NCBI GenBank assembly: GCA_002633005.1
Contig: NMRA01000010.1
Coordinates: 1,661,298 to 1,725,297 of the forward strand
From: Phoronis australis
Taxonomy: Eukaryota; Animalia; Phoronida
Direction of reading: 5' to 3'
Length of the DNA stretch: 64,000 nt
Each line of letters starts with the position of its first letter. Positions within the stretch are counted from its first letter, which is position 1. The notes beneath the pieces are model-generated. The model did not search any database. It was not told where the DNA came from and saw only the letters and a program-made list of their open reading frames with translations. Made by a program: the position numbers and the translations under genes. Positions 35,601 through 47,867 of this stretch are shown in pieces.

Positions 35601-38600
35601 CTACTTCAACAGCGACCTCTGACATGGAAAATTCAAAATGTAGGTCAATGTCGACTCGACGTCTTCAGCCGGTTCGATCATCAAACTTTACAAATATAGT
35701 TTAAAATAATACAGTTGCAACAGTGTAACTAACACTCGACATGCAACCAGGCCCTAAACGTAAAATCTGGAGCAAAACTGTTCATTATAAGACACTTTCT
35801 CTTAGTTTTCAATTGCTGAATACTATATCGTTTGCAACTCAGGCGCCGATTCCTAGGAAATTAAAATATCAAAAATTGTTGCTTTTTAACTATTTCCAGG
35901 AGATTTTACAAGTTCACTGCACAGTTGCTGTTGTTTTGATCTTTGCTACCTCTTTTCAAGAAGTAAATTAAGTTACTTTTAAAACTGTTTCTTTTTCAAG
36001 AGAAAACTTGCAACCTAACGCGCAAGTACATACATTTAGGATGTGATCCGCCATGTGAACAGTCTGGGTGAAGTATTTAAAAAATCTGCCGAAAATGTAA
36101 GAAACTTAGGAATTCGAAGCGCATGGGATAAATACTTCGGTCTCGGTCGATACGCGGAACAATGTCTCGTGGGACATTACTTCATGTACGCCACTCTCGG
36201 TACGTTTTGTGTATATATTTCCAAATATTAATCGATTTTGCCTGTTTCCATTCGGAGCCTGGTAACTTCATTATCCGTCCAAGAAATCAGCTCTTGATTT
36301 AGATCACGTGCCGCTATGAAATGGATCTCATCTAGTTCCTTACTAAAATGAGAAGAGATTTCTGGGCTTGAAAAGAGCTGACAATTCGTTATTCGTTGAT
36401 ATCATCTATCATATTCCAAATCAGATTCGTCCCAGCTGAAGCACCACTTACGTCGTTTGGCAGTATTAGCCTCCGGTTAGTGTAGGTCTAAGGCCAGGTT
36501 TCTGACGTGTGTCAGGTTTCAGGATAATTTTGTAGAGTAAATGTTCAGTGATTGCTAGAAACGGTATACAAAAGTTCCTTGGAGTAAGGTTTATTAACGT
36601 TAATTTGGCCTCTGTTCTTATCCTCTCGGATATGGAATTCCCGGAATTTTCAAACCCCACCCTTCTTCAGTGGGGAATTTTTGGCACGAATTCAGGTACT
36701 CGCTAAACAAGTGGAAATTGTCAAAAATCTGGTTCATATTTTAACCTAAATTTCTGGAATCTAGAGTGCTGTACTACTTGTATTCTCGTCTTCTCTCTTG
36801 CACCGAATACGGCAGAAAGCCAAAATCACATTCAAGGTCATTTTGGCATCTCAAATTTTCCGATGGACAAAGCAAGGCAACAGGAGGAGGCTTTGTTTAT
36901 TTTTATTCATCTTTAAGAAACCCCATCGAGTAAGCTTTATGTAAGTTATGCCTTTTTCAGGTGTCTTGAGACAGGGCTTTTATTGGCCCAGATCCGTAAG
37001 TAACGTCAAAATCAGCCACTCGAACCGTGGTACCGTATTCGGACGGTACATGTAAATTCTGTTACCTGCTTTGCTGCATGAATGACAAAATTTCGGCTTT
37101 GAAACGAATTTCGACGTATTCTTGGTTTCATGAGTATTTTCGGAAATAGTTCAGATGGTGCTATGGGTACTTTCAAAAAACAACTAATGCGCCACATCAA
37201 GGAATTTGGCAGTGCGCTTATCCCAGTGCCATCCAGTGTTCCCTTTTACATGGGTGCTTAATAAAATAAATCTGGCGCTGAGAAAATATGAACGACATCT
37301 GTACCATGTCAAAATCAAAGTTCACAGACCTTGCGAAATAGTTTGGGGAAAATGCGTGAAGGTCCCCTCATGTAATGAATATCACATAAATTATCATAAT
37401 TATCATTTTCCATTAATTACACAGCCGTCACTCTTCTACTACTTCATGAACAAAATAATTCAAGTATTTAAATTGCCGCATAGTAAAGCAACACACACAT
37501 TATCTCTTGCTAAGTTGTTCTTTACTTTACATTCGTCTTAATTATGCGAGCAAGACCAATCATGCTTACCGCGACAGCGGGAGAATATCATGTAACTAGT
37601 CGGAACATGAGAATGATACATTTCTTGTGTAAAAACACATTAATCGTGAGTGAACTGTCCATGTTTAAAGACGGATTGTAACTGAATGCAGATCACGTGG
37701 GTGGTTATGCTGCATTTTACATCGCTCAGCCAGAGGTCCAACCTAGTGGTTATTTGGACAGCTGATCTGACGAGAGTATCTCACCATTTGAATCGCAAAA
37801 GGGACGCACTGACATCATGGATGTAGTGCTAAATTTAGAGGCAACTACACGCCCGAAGGCAAACGTATCAGCACAAAATCTTCAATACACCTTAGGTTCA
37901 GCGCAGACTTAGAGTTATGAACTCAACTGACTGTCTCAAGTGAACATTAGCTGACCACATAGCTAACATGAAGGAGTAAAAATGCCACAACAACTGAGTC
38001 ACTCGTGTTTCTTCGTGCTGCTAGTTCGTTCAACCTTTCGCCTTAATGTGAACTATCATCTCACCTATCGTTCACTTGAGGCAGACATCTCAGCTCATAG
38101 GTCTCCGTTTGCGGTGGCCTTTAGCGATACAGCAAGGGACCCTCACTTATACAACCTGGCATGTTGTATTTCTTTCGAAGAACAGAGATACGCGACACAC
38201 TTAGTTCGGCGCACAGATGTTTCCCTACTTGTTATAATTTTTGTTTCAATCCATTTTGTCAATGCAGATGTATGTTTTTATTCAAGTAGAGGATGCAGTA
38301 ATTCTGTCACTGAGTACAAAGGTACAGTGATTAAAAAACTTTCGTAATCATGGTTTGTTACGCCTTCACAAGTTGTGCGACGACAGGTGCCACTGCATTA
38401 TGTATTCTAACTCATCTATACCCTAAACCACGGTGAATAAACGCTAGGTGAAATGGAAAGGGGTGTACTAGTCTACGTGCGTCTGCTACCCACCACATCA
38501 CTGCTATACAGATAGGAAATTTATTGTATTTCGGCTTATACGTGGCTGAATGCCCGCTGCTGGCCGAAACGAGGCTACGCAACCTCCGGAATACTTCGGA

Positions 38601-38697
38601 TGTTTTCGTAGCGTCAAAGTATCCCTCAGGCGAACTTCAATCGTGTAACTCTCATGTTGGGTCGAAGGGATATCCCTGTGATAGTAGGATCACAAGA

Positions 38698-38847
38698 GGG
38701 TAGAGTTCAGTAGCTGTTTCCTACCAAAAAATCTAGCCAATATCACGTGATCCAATTTAAAATACATGGCAATATCTCGCGTAATCTCGCGAAGTCTTGT
38801 TTTTCTAGTGAGGTTCTGGCGTCACTGAATATTATACCCAGGAGGCT
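38698..38847. mobile_element. Short MITE family (130-150 bp), copy 1 of 3
   Basis: Shares GGCAATATCTC.CGTAATCTCGCGA core and GGGTAGAGTT.AGTA termini with 45367-45522 and 54924-55057. Confidence 0.7.
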
Positions 38848-40568
38848 GACTAAGAATTGAACATGACGCTCAGGCTCCACATTTGAAAACTAGTGCAAGA
38901 CTGAAGTCACGATTTCAACCGTCCTGACTTGATCGGATCCCTTGCTATTGTTATCGTGAAGTTTGCTCGTGCACAGACATAATTTGAGGCTACGGTGTTC
39001 CGGGTGGAGCCACTAGTGAATAAAGACGCGGCTTGTACGCAAGCTCACAGATCTCGGGCATTGACAATGCACACAGTTGGCGGTAATCTAAGATAAGACC
39101 ACGCTCGTTGCATGACACGCCGTGACAACCCAAGCTGTAAATCCTGATCTCAATTAATAACGGGCCGTCGTTTCTTTCGGAGACCTGGAATCAGGAATTT
39201 GAGACCACTTTCACAACAGTAAGTGGTCAAAACCAAAAGTTTTCTGATAGAAAGGCCAGTTTATATCCTCCTTCAAGGGTCTGGCGTACTTTTAGCTGAT
39301 GTAATGATGTAATGAAACAGCTATTGATTTTCACTCTCGTTCATTACTTTGTGTTAATTTTCAGACCCAACCATTTGATAATGACTGAGGCGGACACTAC
39401 GCGGAGGTCCGAGTCGATAAAGTCAGTTACGGTTATTATTATTATTTCTGTTAGGCCTACTATTACTTTCACTATTGCTAGTACTGTTGTTGATGTTGTC
39501 CTTGTTGTTATTGTTGCTGTTGTTGTTGCTGTTGTTGCTTTGCTGTTGTTCTTATAACAGTAATGTCGCTTTGCGACGTTTTCAAAATCATCGCATTTGC
39601 GTTAACTCATTTAACAAACAAGAAAATAATACCGAACACCCTCGTTAACTTCGAGGTCATCCTCAAGCTAATAAAGTAAAGACCACAACTGTTTTAGATT
39701 CAACGTCAACTTGTTTTTGATGCAGAACTCCATTGACCGACATCTTGACGCGATCATTTAAGCGGATTTCACAGTCTTACGTTATCTGAGTAGAAATCCT
39801 TCCGCCGGCGTTGGTTGGGCTGGAGCGGCAGGCCCGCATGACCTTTTAGCGGATAACAAAAACCTCTTAGACCATAGATAGATCTTTTGCAAGGTGAGTT
39901 TTTCATCCACTCCCTTGGCATCATGGTGCTAACAAGTTTCATAAAATGTGACTTAAGACTTGTAAGGGCTTAACCACTGTATAAGTTTGATTGATGCATG
40001 AGGCCAAATGCAGCCTTCGACAATGCCAACGAGACGCGTGATGATGCTACGTAATTGTTGATATCGATGGAAAGTAATAGTCAGGAGTTTTACCTTATGC
40101 TCCACAAAACTATTTCTGAAAAAATATCACTTGAGTGAAAATGCAACGTCCCTGAGAACATATACATAACTGCTAGATAATCAGATGATTCATATTAATT
40201 ATTTATAAACTGTGATGCGTTTATAATTACATGACTAGAGCAGTTGCAGCAACTGTGAAATGTTATCAAACAGTAACAATCAAATATCAGTCAAACGTCT
40301 TAGTCAGTTTTCATGATCGCCGTGCCCGGTTGCATGAAAGAATGCCAACGAGGGACTCGGCTAAGTTCTCAAAATCTTTTGCATATTTGTGTCGTTCTTT
40401 ACACACAGGGGTAGTCTAAAGTGTATCATTTTATCTTTATTATGAGCTCTTGTCTGACAACTGGTGACATTTTCTGATAATGTAACTAAATTTTAGACAT
40501 TGGTGAACGTATTATTAATTCAGGGGCGTTGTATGCCAAGATCCCTGCTTATTTTCAATAATCGCACA

Positions 40569-40670
40569 AACGCCACCTGCTGGTCACATTACTTAACTAA
40601 TGAACGTAAGTCCGAAAAGATTTCTGTACCGACCGAGATTAGAACCCAGGTCCTTCTGTTCACCGTGCAG
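40569..40670 (-). repeat. SINE-like fragment; inverted related copy at about 55220-55272
   Basis: ACGCCACCTG.TGG...AATGAAC.TAAGTCCGAAAAGA shared in opposite orientation, adjacent to a B-box-like GGTTCTAATCTC on minus. Confidence 0.45.
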
Positions 40671-41106
40671 ACACATTAATCCAACGTTTGTGATCTATAT
40701 TCCCACGCCTGTTCAAGACTTACTTATTCATATATTTTCAATAATATTGAGATTTTAACGTAAGGTTCGCCAAAATGAACTGTTCAACAAAACTAGAAGA
40801 GCATGAGGAGAGTCAGCCAGCGTTTACACAAGTCCACAACTCCATAGTGGACTTAAGGAATTTAGTCGAGTCCACATCTACATGTAGGACTGCTTCATGC
40901 AACCGGGCACTGGTGTTCGTTTCATGAAAGACTAAGTTAGAAATTTGGTCTTAGGCCCCCAATTCACAATTATTCGAAAAAGGTTTAGTAATTATTGACA
41001 CGGTATCTAACAATTATGTGTATACTCTCAAACATTTTTCACTTTTGCTCAAGTGGGAATTAGTTTTCACTTTTTCTCTTTCAAAGCGTAACACATATTC
41101 ATGTTG

Positions 41107-41107
<1 letters not shown>

Positions 41108-41150
<43 letters not shown>

Positions 41151-41207
41151 TTATATATATATATATATATACACAAGTGTATAGGTATTACTCTTGTATA
41201 CCTGGTG

Positions 41208-41238
<31 letters not shown>

Positions 41239-41453
41239 TTATATATATATATACACAAGTGTATAGGTATTACTCTTGTATACCTGGTGTATATATATAT
41301 ATATGTGTGTGTGTGTGCGTGTGTGTGTGTTTATATATACATATAAACATGCATATCTAAAAACACCGGGTATACAAGTGTGATATCTATACACTTGTAT
41401 ACCTGGTGTGTATATATATATATATATATATATGTTTATATGTATACACACAC

Positions 41454-41490
<37 letters not shown>

Positions 41491-41512
41491 CACCAGGTGT
41501 ACAAGTGTGATA
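41108..41512. repeat. Compound (TA)n/(TG)n satellite with repeated unit ACAAGTGT...TTGTATACCTGGTGT, partly inverted
   Basis: Directly visible; followed by a (CAA/CAT)n tract at about 41530-41582. Confidence 0.92.
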
Positions 41513-41903
41513 AGTATAGACAAGAATAGGCAACAACACTAACATCATCATCAACAACAACATCATCATCATCAACAACAATGTTAATTATGTAAAAGAG
41601 ACACAAAATCTCCCCACCATTGCAAGTATCTGTCCATTGACATATTTTGTAAGGTTTAATAATAGAATTCCGTAATTGGTCAAAGTGTGGAATATTGCCT
41701 TTAAGATTTGTTTAAGAAAATTCTAGTCAAGCAAAAATTATACTGTACTTTAATAATATATTAGAAGAGTCAGAAAAAACAAACAAAGCGACTTTCACTA
41801 ATACTGAGATATTATCATTAAAAACATAATTTAACCATTAACATAATCTAAGCCATTATTCAGGCGTATATTGTTAATTACATCAGTTTTTGGCCATAGT
41901 AGG

Positions 41904-42009
41904 ATCAAAAAACGGACAATCGCCGCACAAATAAAAAAGTCTATATTGATTACGAAACGTCAAATCAATATGAACTTTTTTATTTGTGTGGCGATTGTCC
42001 GTTTTTGAT
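41904..42009. repeat. About 105-bp inverted repeat (hairpin)
   Basis: ATCAAAAAACGGACAATCGCCGCACAAATAAAAAAGT..ATATTGATT / AATCAATAT..ACTTTTTTATTTGTGTGGCGATTGTCCGTTTTTGAT. Confidence 0.85.
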
Positions 42010-42169
42010 AATCTAAGCCGCGATGAGTTTTTCACCGTGCAGCCCCAAAGTGATGTATGCCAGCTTCAGGTTCTTGAGTGCAGAAAACACAAAGAACTAC
42101 GCCATTTTTTTCAAAAAACAGCTAGTTAGAATGACCTTGTGAATCAGTCTCAATTGAAAACATGTCATT

Positions 42170-42720
42170 TGAGTATCAGGAAAATCTCTAATGCAATCGT
42201 GAACGTTTTTTTCCACTCCAAATTATCATCAGTCACGTTTAAGCACGGATTCCACTTAGTTTCTGAAGGAGGTCTAGTCTATGCATTATCGAGAAATATT
42301 TTATAAAAATCATTAACCCCTTTCTGTGACATAGTGATGATTTGATAAGTACACTATGACATTGGCAGTCCAAACACAATTTGTTGATAATCAAACCTGT
42401 CTTTTATTTTGTTAATAACTGCATGGACACCTAGATATTCAGTAAAATGTGGGCGATAACCCCCACGAATACAAAATTTATAACAGTTGAAAAGTTGTCC
42501 TGAAGATGATTTAAATCGGCTACAATATTGAGACTTTGTACCATCCACATTTTGTAAAATGCAGGCTTGTTATTATTACAAATAGAATCATTCTAAGTCA
42601 GTCACGCTATTGACTATGTACACGTATGCATGAAAAGACTTCATGAAAAGTCCTTCCAAAAATGGTGGCTAATTTGATGAGATATATACTCACCCGGCAT
42701 AAAAATTGGAATTTTTGAGA
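42170..42720 (-). mobile_element. Degraded L1/Tx1-type LINE ORF2 fragment (post-RT region)
   Basis: Broken minus-strand frames with FWKD..., SSGQLF...HFTEYLGVHAVI, typical of the region between RT and zf-RVT. Confidence 0.5.
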
Positions 42721-43169
42721 ACTTGGACCCTTTACTAGGATTTACGGGGTACGTTCAGAGCTATGAAATTGCGCATTCGCTGAATTTTGGTAGTTCCTGG
42801 CTTTTTAGTTGGCTTTTGTCTCGTTTTCTACTTCTTTCAGAGATTTTGTTTCTCTGAGGCAGACCTTTTTGCCCACTTCGCTAAATGGGGGGTTCGTTCG
42901 AGCTCCCCGCGCATATTTATGACAGTAAAGCCCATTCCACCCATTTCATTGTCTTGAATGATAACTTAACGGCTGACGCTATCAATTTTGTGGGTCCAAA
43001 CAAAATTGAAAAACATTTTTCAACTGTTTTTAAAAATAATTGCGTGGAGCGTAAGTGTGTGCCATAAGTCTCGTGTCACTTTTTACGAAACACCCCTGGT
43101 GCCCATTTCATGAAACTTTTTCTGTCTAAACTTAGACCAAAATTGGGCTAACTTTAGACCAAAATTGTT

Positions 43170-44451
43170 TTTGTTTTTTCATTATTTTTTGAAACATTTA
43201 TTAATTCAACCAACCAGTAAGTAGTTGTGCAGCAATATGAAATCTAGTTAAGTGTACATCAGACAAATTATGAACATTATCGGACCCTATAAAAGCTAGT
43301 TAGGCAAAAAAGAAGACCACCTTTCCTGGAATCTCTCAAGATCCAATTTATCATTGTAAATAATTTTTTCCAGGTTGTAGTAATCACATACCTCACGTAA
43401 AAATGACTGAAAATTGGGCTTAGCCTTTTGTAGTCTTTGCCTATATAAATGAAATTTCGATAAGCAAATAATTAAATTTACAATTTCTAATCTACAGGCT
43501 GGGTCTCCAAACAAGGCGGAAGACATATTAACTGCAGAGGGATATTGCACTGATTAATCATCCATGTTTTTAAACATCCCCAAAACTGTGAACATTCCCA
43601 ATACAAATGTAAAATTGTTTCTTCATGTTGCTCACAGAAAGAACATAAAGACAATTCACTAACACCTATTTTCTTTAAATAAGAGTTTGTACCAATAAGT
43701 CTGTGGTTGATACGGAAATGAAACCATCTGAGTCTGACATCGGAAGTACAATGATAAACTACAGAATGAAATTTTTCCAAGATTGAGTATCATCGCATAA
43801 GTTAATTTCTCTCTCCCACCTCAATTCCGCGACAGGTTTTACATACAATTTAGATATGAATAGTTCATAGATTTCCCCGTCCTTTCATTTTCCGAGGAGA
43901 TTCGAAAAATATGTTCTGGAAAAAGTGGAGTGACTATAGTACTCTTGTCTCTTAGATGATTCCAAGAACGAAATATTGAACTTCGAATTCCATAAAAATA
44001 AGTAATACAAGGACAAAATTGAAAACGTGCACAAAAGGTATGATAATCATAAAAATATCCTTTATCACAGTAAATTAAATCGTATACGTATCGTATACCC
44101 TTTTGAAACCACTCGTTCCAAAAAATGGACTACTGTCTCTACAAATTTAGGGGTTATACCACAAAGGTTGGTACAAAGGGTCATCTATCTCAAACAGATT
44201 GATGAATTCGTATAAGATATAAAAAATATCCTTCCAAAAATATTCTTAGATACTTCAAGGAAAAAGCAAGAACCTAACTGAAAAGAGTCATTTTTATATT
44301 AGGAATAATTTCACATAAAAATTTAGCCAAGGAGAAGTATTGTTATAATAATTTTTCAAGAATCTTCAAATCCAAGTCAGTTTAATAGCTTTGACAAATG
44401 GCGCAATATGGACCGTATTCCCACCTCCATCTTCAGATTTCTGTACCATGG
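43170..44451 (-). mobile_element. 5'-truncated L1/Tx1-type LINE (1.3 kb) with TSD
   Basis: EDGG...FVKAIKLTWI near the 5' end; LRWFHFRINHRLIGTNSYLKKIG...CSFC..HEETILHLYWEC; NLIICLSKFHLY...RFQERW; T-rich tail; 15-bp perfect TSD TAGACCAAAATTGTT at 43155-43169 and 44452-44466. Confidence 0.88.
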
Positions 44452-45366
44452 TAGACCAAAATTGTTACTCTCATACTGGAAAACTGAAGATTTCCCCGAG
44501 TTTAAGTTTTATTTTTCACCATTGATTATGTGATATGGTCTTGTATACTTTCTCAAATTCTAAGTTTTCGATTGGTTAACGAAGCAGTATACAGCGCCAC
44601 CTCTTGTTAAATGGTGTTATATCAGGACAGCATAAAATCTGCTTTTTGCAAGCAGATGCAACTGGTCATGAGGGAACTTTCGAAAATAAAATGCTTGAAG
44701 ATATATCTACCCACACAGAAAAAATGAAGTTGTCTCTTTGACACGGTTTCGGGCCCATAGGCTACTTGTTTTCCCAGTCCAGTTGGATAAGAGTTATTGC
44801 ACGGTCGTGTCATCACCTATCTATGATAATACACGTCATTCGGACCCCTCATGCGATTTAGAAGTATTTAATATCCTCCAAATCCCTCTCGGGTCGAAGC
44901 GAAAACTAACATTCTCGCCATTTAGAGTTGTGTTGAATGAGCACTATGTGGGCTTAGGTTTGGTCATAAATTAAGGGCTTTGACATGGGTGAGCGTACAA
45001 ACTACGCTTTCGCCACCTGTGCCAATTCACAAAACTAAGGGAGTCGGTGTCTAGAATACCGTTTCAAGAATAATTTAGAAACTACATGGGAATATTTGGA
45101 TCCATTTGGGATCTCCTTTACTAGAAGACTCTTGTATGGCCGGAAAATATCAACCTAATTTATCGTCCACCTCGCTAAAACAAAGGAATTCTCTGCCTTC
45201 AAAAAAGTTTGGAGTGTTTTCAAAACTCCTTACAACGTCTGCTATACGGGCAAACGTGACTCGCGCTTTAGGCGAGTTATACGACAGCTGTAGGGAAAGA
45301 CCACCCACCAAGAACCCTCATAACATCCATTCTAAGCCAGAGCAGATTATGTATTTTTAGCTGAAT

Positions 45367-45522
45367 CCAGGCGTGCTTTCAGTAGACGCTAGAACCTACG
45401 CTAGGACCTAGCTAAAACCTAGTCGAAGTCACGTGTTCTAATTAAAATGCACGGCAATATCTCACGTAATCTCGCGAAGTCTTGCTTTTTAGCGAGGTCC
45501 TAGCGTTACTGAACGGGAGGCT
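45367..45522. mobile_element. Short MITE family, copy 2 of 3
   Basis: Same core and GAGGTCCTAGCGTTACT arm. Confidence 0.65.
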
Positions 45523-46813
45523 GCTTTTATCACTCAAGTAAGACGCCAATTGTGCATTAAAACAGGACAATAACTGTTATAGGTTGAAATAAAAAATAGA
45601 GTTTATATCGTTTTGAGCGGGTAGGAATTGGGTCGAGCGGAAGTCGCTTTAGTGCTGACTGTGGAATGTTACTTATTGATGTGAGCTAACTAGATCAAGC
45701 AAAACTCGACGGTCTCCCACGCAGATTCTTTGTGTTACTTGCATCTTTTCATCCTCCTGTTATCGTCTTTTCCCTGCTCGACAGGTGTCGAAGACGTTGG
45801 ACAAGTGGACAGTTGCAAGAAGCAGCAACTATTTACTATCTCGTAGAGTCTAAATATTTGCCGGTCATAAACGTTATCTGTCAAAGTAATCAAGAGAGAA
45901 TATCATAGGCATTCACGGTGAAAATAAACGATCACTGGCTACAAAGACAAGCGCTTATGAAAAATGAGAGACTAATTATCCGCTCACACCAGTAAATTAG
46001 TTACTTTTCCTTTGAATGTGCTTTTAAAAACCTATAAGGTAATAGAAAATTTCCCCCGGTCGTTGTGAAAATAGACATTTTACTTTAGATCAAAGACGTG
46101 ATGCACTTTTTCGTCATTTGATTCAGAAATGGAAATCTGCGATGTATTCAGGATAAATTGCTCACTATTTAAGCTTGCTTCTAACGTGCAACTAAGCACG
46201 TTTAGTCTTACGCAATTAATCTGAATAATTGTAAAATGGCCGTATGAAAAGTAACTTCAAAGGCACAAAGGTGGCATTCCACTCAGTGTATAGAATGATA
46301 GTAGTTACATGTAATCAGATCAATCAGATCTAATCGATTACAACTTCTAGAACTATGAAAAACTCATGCATGTGTTAATCAAATTCCCTGGCGTTGTTTT
46401 TTTAAGGCTCGCTGTCAGATTAGTCCTTTTACGGTCTGATCTATTTCACCATTGGTTAGATGTTAACAAGAAAGTCGCTGATTCAGTCAGTACAGACGTT
46501 TATGCACTGGCCCATGTGGTAAGAAACTAAACACTCTTTTGAGGAGTCCAACAAACGTATTTCTGACACCTGGTAATTGTACAATTAGTCCGTTACTTCC
46601 CTGGCATTGAACCAATGGTCATGAATGCCCTCCAAAATCACGTCGCGAATTTGGCGAGATCACACAAGATCGCGCTACTGTAAAGCAACATCCCCGCTAT
46701 AGTATCTCAAGTACGTTCTGTGCTGCGGCAGTTTCATGAAATGCATGTAGTAAGTGTCTTGCGAGAGAAGCGAAATCACGAAAGTTTTCGCACGATATCG
46801 TCAATTGCTTTAT

Positions 46814-47363
46814 CTCGCTGGTTCCCTGTGTGCCGTTTGGTAGGGCGGAGCCGTGCCAGCACGCAGGTATCATTTAATTTTCCTCGGATTTTTTTTTTAC
46901 ACCGGCGCAAACAAACTGGCATGACTGATGGACTGAAGTGTAAATGTGGTCTCTCGTAAAGACATATCGGTGCTTAAAATTTATGTTCAGGAAATGTGAA
47001 GCTTAGAAATTGTGATTGCGCCTTTTCGGAATGCATCTTTCTACTATCGATGACTTTTGTTCACAATAGTGTCCTGTATTCATACAGTATGAATAACACA
47101 CCGGTTAAATCGGCCAGATATGTGTTTATTGTATATGTATGTGCTTCAAGCACGCGACTATTAAACATCACTGCAGAAACCAAATAGTTGCTGCGACGCC
47201 ACTTGCATGACAAAGCTAAAAGTCGTTCACAGTCCACCATTTTTTCACGGTGTTGTAAAGCTAACCAATGACTGTCGAGGTTACATCGACCATTGCTAAA
47301 GCGCGTGCCACTGCGTGATACCTGTGTGCTGGCTGGGCTATAAGCACGCAGGGAACCAGCGAG
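46814..47363. mobile_element. MULE-like MITE, copy 1
   Basis: 20-bp TIR CTCGCTGGTTCCCTG(T/C)GTGC; 9-bp TSD TTGCTTTAT/TTGCTTTAC; internal sequence shared with 57553-58009. Confidence 0.78.
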
Positions 47364-47867
47364 TTGCTTTACAAGCGTAGCACGTGATCACATGGCCTGA
47401 TTTCATTGGCGAGTGTCTCGACGTGAGTAAGGAGCCTTTAACACTACTAAAATGGCCGTCACTTGCAGTGATTACGACAAAAGGTTAAAATAAGGGAGAA
47501 AACTGCTCACAAATTCACTATTTCTATTGCACAAGCAAAGGTTAAAGTTAGACGGGCTGCGTCCTGTAGATGTGAGAATCGTGCGAGTAAAGATGGAGTG
47601 GACATGGGCTTCGCTTGCAATGCATGATATTTTAGCCAAGTGTTTGTGTCAACGGAACGCAAGTCAAGGATATGCTGCTTTAGGGACTTTTGTATACTGG
47701 TCAAAGATTTATAACATCAACCAGAATCAGTTTGAGTTAACTACATCCGCCTCAGTAGCCAAACTCGGACTGGGACTCAGCACATTTTAATGTCATTAAA
47801 TAAAAAATGATCACGTTTTCTCAATTAACATAACGGTGCGAACGATCTGGAAGCAAAATAGCAAATC

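Noticed and set aside
39312-39557. 81-aa ORF with signal-like and TM-like segments
   Set aside because: The hydrophobic tail derives from (GTT/ATT)n low-complexity sequence.
41018-41581. YI/CV-rich ORFs
   Set aside because: Dinucleotide satellite translations.
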